Origin: Deltaproteobacteria bacterium
GTDB lineage: Bacteria > Desulfobacterota > GWC2-55-46 > UBA9637
DNA length: 64,000 nucleotides
Direction: 5' to 3'
NCBI GenBank assembly: GCA_016214995.1
Contig: JACRML010000058.1
Location: 4,194-68,193 of the forward strand
Shown here piece by piece: positions 63,171-64,000 of this stretch. The position numbers and the translations under genes are program-made. How positions within the stretch are numbered: position 1 is the stretch's first letter; each line of letters starts with the position of its first letter. The notes below the pieces were generated by a model. That model was not told where the DNA came from. It saw only the letters and a list, made by a program, of their open reading frames with translations, and did not search any database.

Positions 63171-64000
63171 TTAAATAACAGGTTTGTCTCTGAAATAATC
63201 CACTGTCTTTCTAATTCCATGCTCCAGAGAAACTTGCGGCGACCAGCCAAGTATTTTGTTTGCCTTTGTAAAATTAATCACGCTTCTTTTTTGTTCTCCA
63301 CTTTTATGAGGCCCATATTTTTCCTTAAATCCAGCACCTGTACTATTAACAAGTTCTTTAAATAATTGTTTTATAGTAGTCTCTTTGCCGGTGCCTATAT
63401 TAAAAATAGTTGGGAGTTGAGAGTTATGGGTTGAGAGTTGAGATAAGGCCAATACATTGGCCTTGGCCACATCTCCCACATATACAAAATCTCTGGTTTG
63501 CATTCCATCACCGTTTATCACAGGCTGTTCACCTCTAAGAAGTTTCTGAGCAAAAATCGCCACAACCCCTGCCTCACCATGAGGAGCTTGCCTTGGCCCG
63601 TAGACATTAGCATACCTCAAGATAGTAGAATTCAAGCCGTATACCTGACCATAGAAAAAAAGATAATGCTCAACAGATAGTTTCGCTGCGCCGTATGGGC
63701 TTAAAGGATTTGTAGGGTGGGATTCTGTAGCGGGAAATTCTTCCTGCTCCCCATATATTGCTCCGCCTGTAGAGGCAAATATAATCTTTTTTACGCCATA
63801 TTGAATACAGTTTTGCAGCAGGTTGAGCGAACCTAATATATTGACCCTGGCGTCAAGTACCGGATTTGCCACTGATTTTCGCACATCTATCTGCGCAGCA
63901 TGATGGTTTACGACATCAAATCTGCATTCCTTGAATATATCCCTTACACCTTCATCGCATATGTCAGCCTTGAAAAGTTTGGCCTTGGGACCGATATTCT
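63171..64000 (-). CDS. NAD-dependent epimerase/dehydratase (GalE-like), N-terminus beyond window edge
   Basis: YGAAK (YxxxK) catalytic motif. The frame stays open upstream of the track GTG at 63884 (..IGPKAKLFKADICDEGVRDIFKECRFDVVNHHAAQIDV..) to the window end. Confidence 0.8.
   Translation of the reverse strand, partial: NIGPKAKLFKADICDEGVRDIFKECRFDVVNHHAAQIDVRKSVANPVLDARVNILGSLNLLQNCIQYGVKKIIFASTGGAIYGEQEEFPATESHPTNPLSPYGAAKLSVEHYLFFYGQVYGLNSTILRYANVYGPRQAPHGEAGVVAIFAQKLLRGEQPVINGDGMQTRDFVYVGDVAKANVLALSQLSTHNSQLPTIFNIGTGKETTIKQLFKELVNSTGAGFKEKYGPHKSGEQKRSVINFTKANKILGWSPQVSLEHGIRKTVDYFRDKPVI
63409..63448. repeat. Heptamer array GTTGAGA/GTTGGGA in frame in the epimerase gene
   Basis: Encodes LSQLSTHNSQLP. 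Confidence 0.85.

Overview
A gene-dense, AT-rich (roughly 40-45% GC by eye) bacterial chromosomal segment with about 70 genes, mostly on the minus strand. No rRNA, tRNA, CRISPR array, cas gene or integrase was found. The gene content suggests an anaerobe, but the lineage cannot be determined from this window.

Landmarks in order:
- 1-12685: a complete type II secretion operon, gspC-D-E-F-G-H-I-J-K-L-M-N.
- 13102-15940: a small envelope gene set.
- 15940-16683: a RAYT (IS200-like Y1 transposase) bracketed by an inverted 12-nt hairpin motif.
- 16670-25450: MATE, macro domain, aspA, radical SAM, M29 aminopeptidase, a divergent XRE-type switch and a FAD protein.
- About 25540-29330: a GC-richer island carrying hgcA-hgcB (mercury methylation). 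They follow a chain of cysteine-rich genes: an AbrB-like protein, an ECF sigma factor, a hidden 53-aa membrane peptide and an AhpD/CMD protein.
- 29516-42720: coaBC, a hexaheme cytochrome c, pdxA-surA-ppiC-mfd and aconitase.
- 43695-51198: a biotin locus (bioB-F-H-C-A and bioD) with a BirA-type operator, interrupted by a frameshifted vapBC pair.
- 51302-64000: nadB, yjbQ, rpoH, atpZ-I-B-E, radA, a HEAT-repeat/HD-GYP pair and a truncated epimerase.

The most unusual signal is not a gene cluster but several families of short structured repeats.
- Heptamer or octamer tandem arrays, often paired into long hairpins, lie between genes. They also lie in frame inside conserved genes (bioC, bioH, bioF, rpoH, mfd, pdxA, gspJ and others). 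In three cases they encode the whole signal peptide of an exported protein.
- A ~250-bp multi-hairpin mosaic element occurs four times, with compensatory base changes and whole-hairpin swaps.
- There are at least two smaller hairpin families.

All functional calls come from motif recognition by eye. No database search was run.
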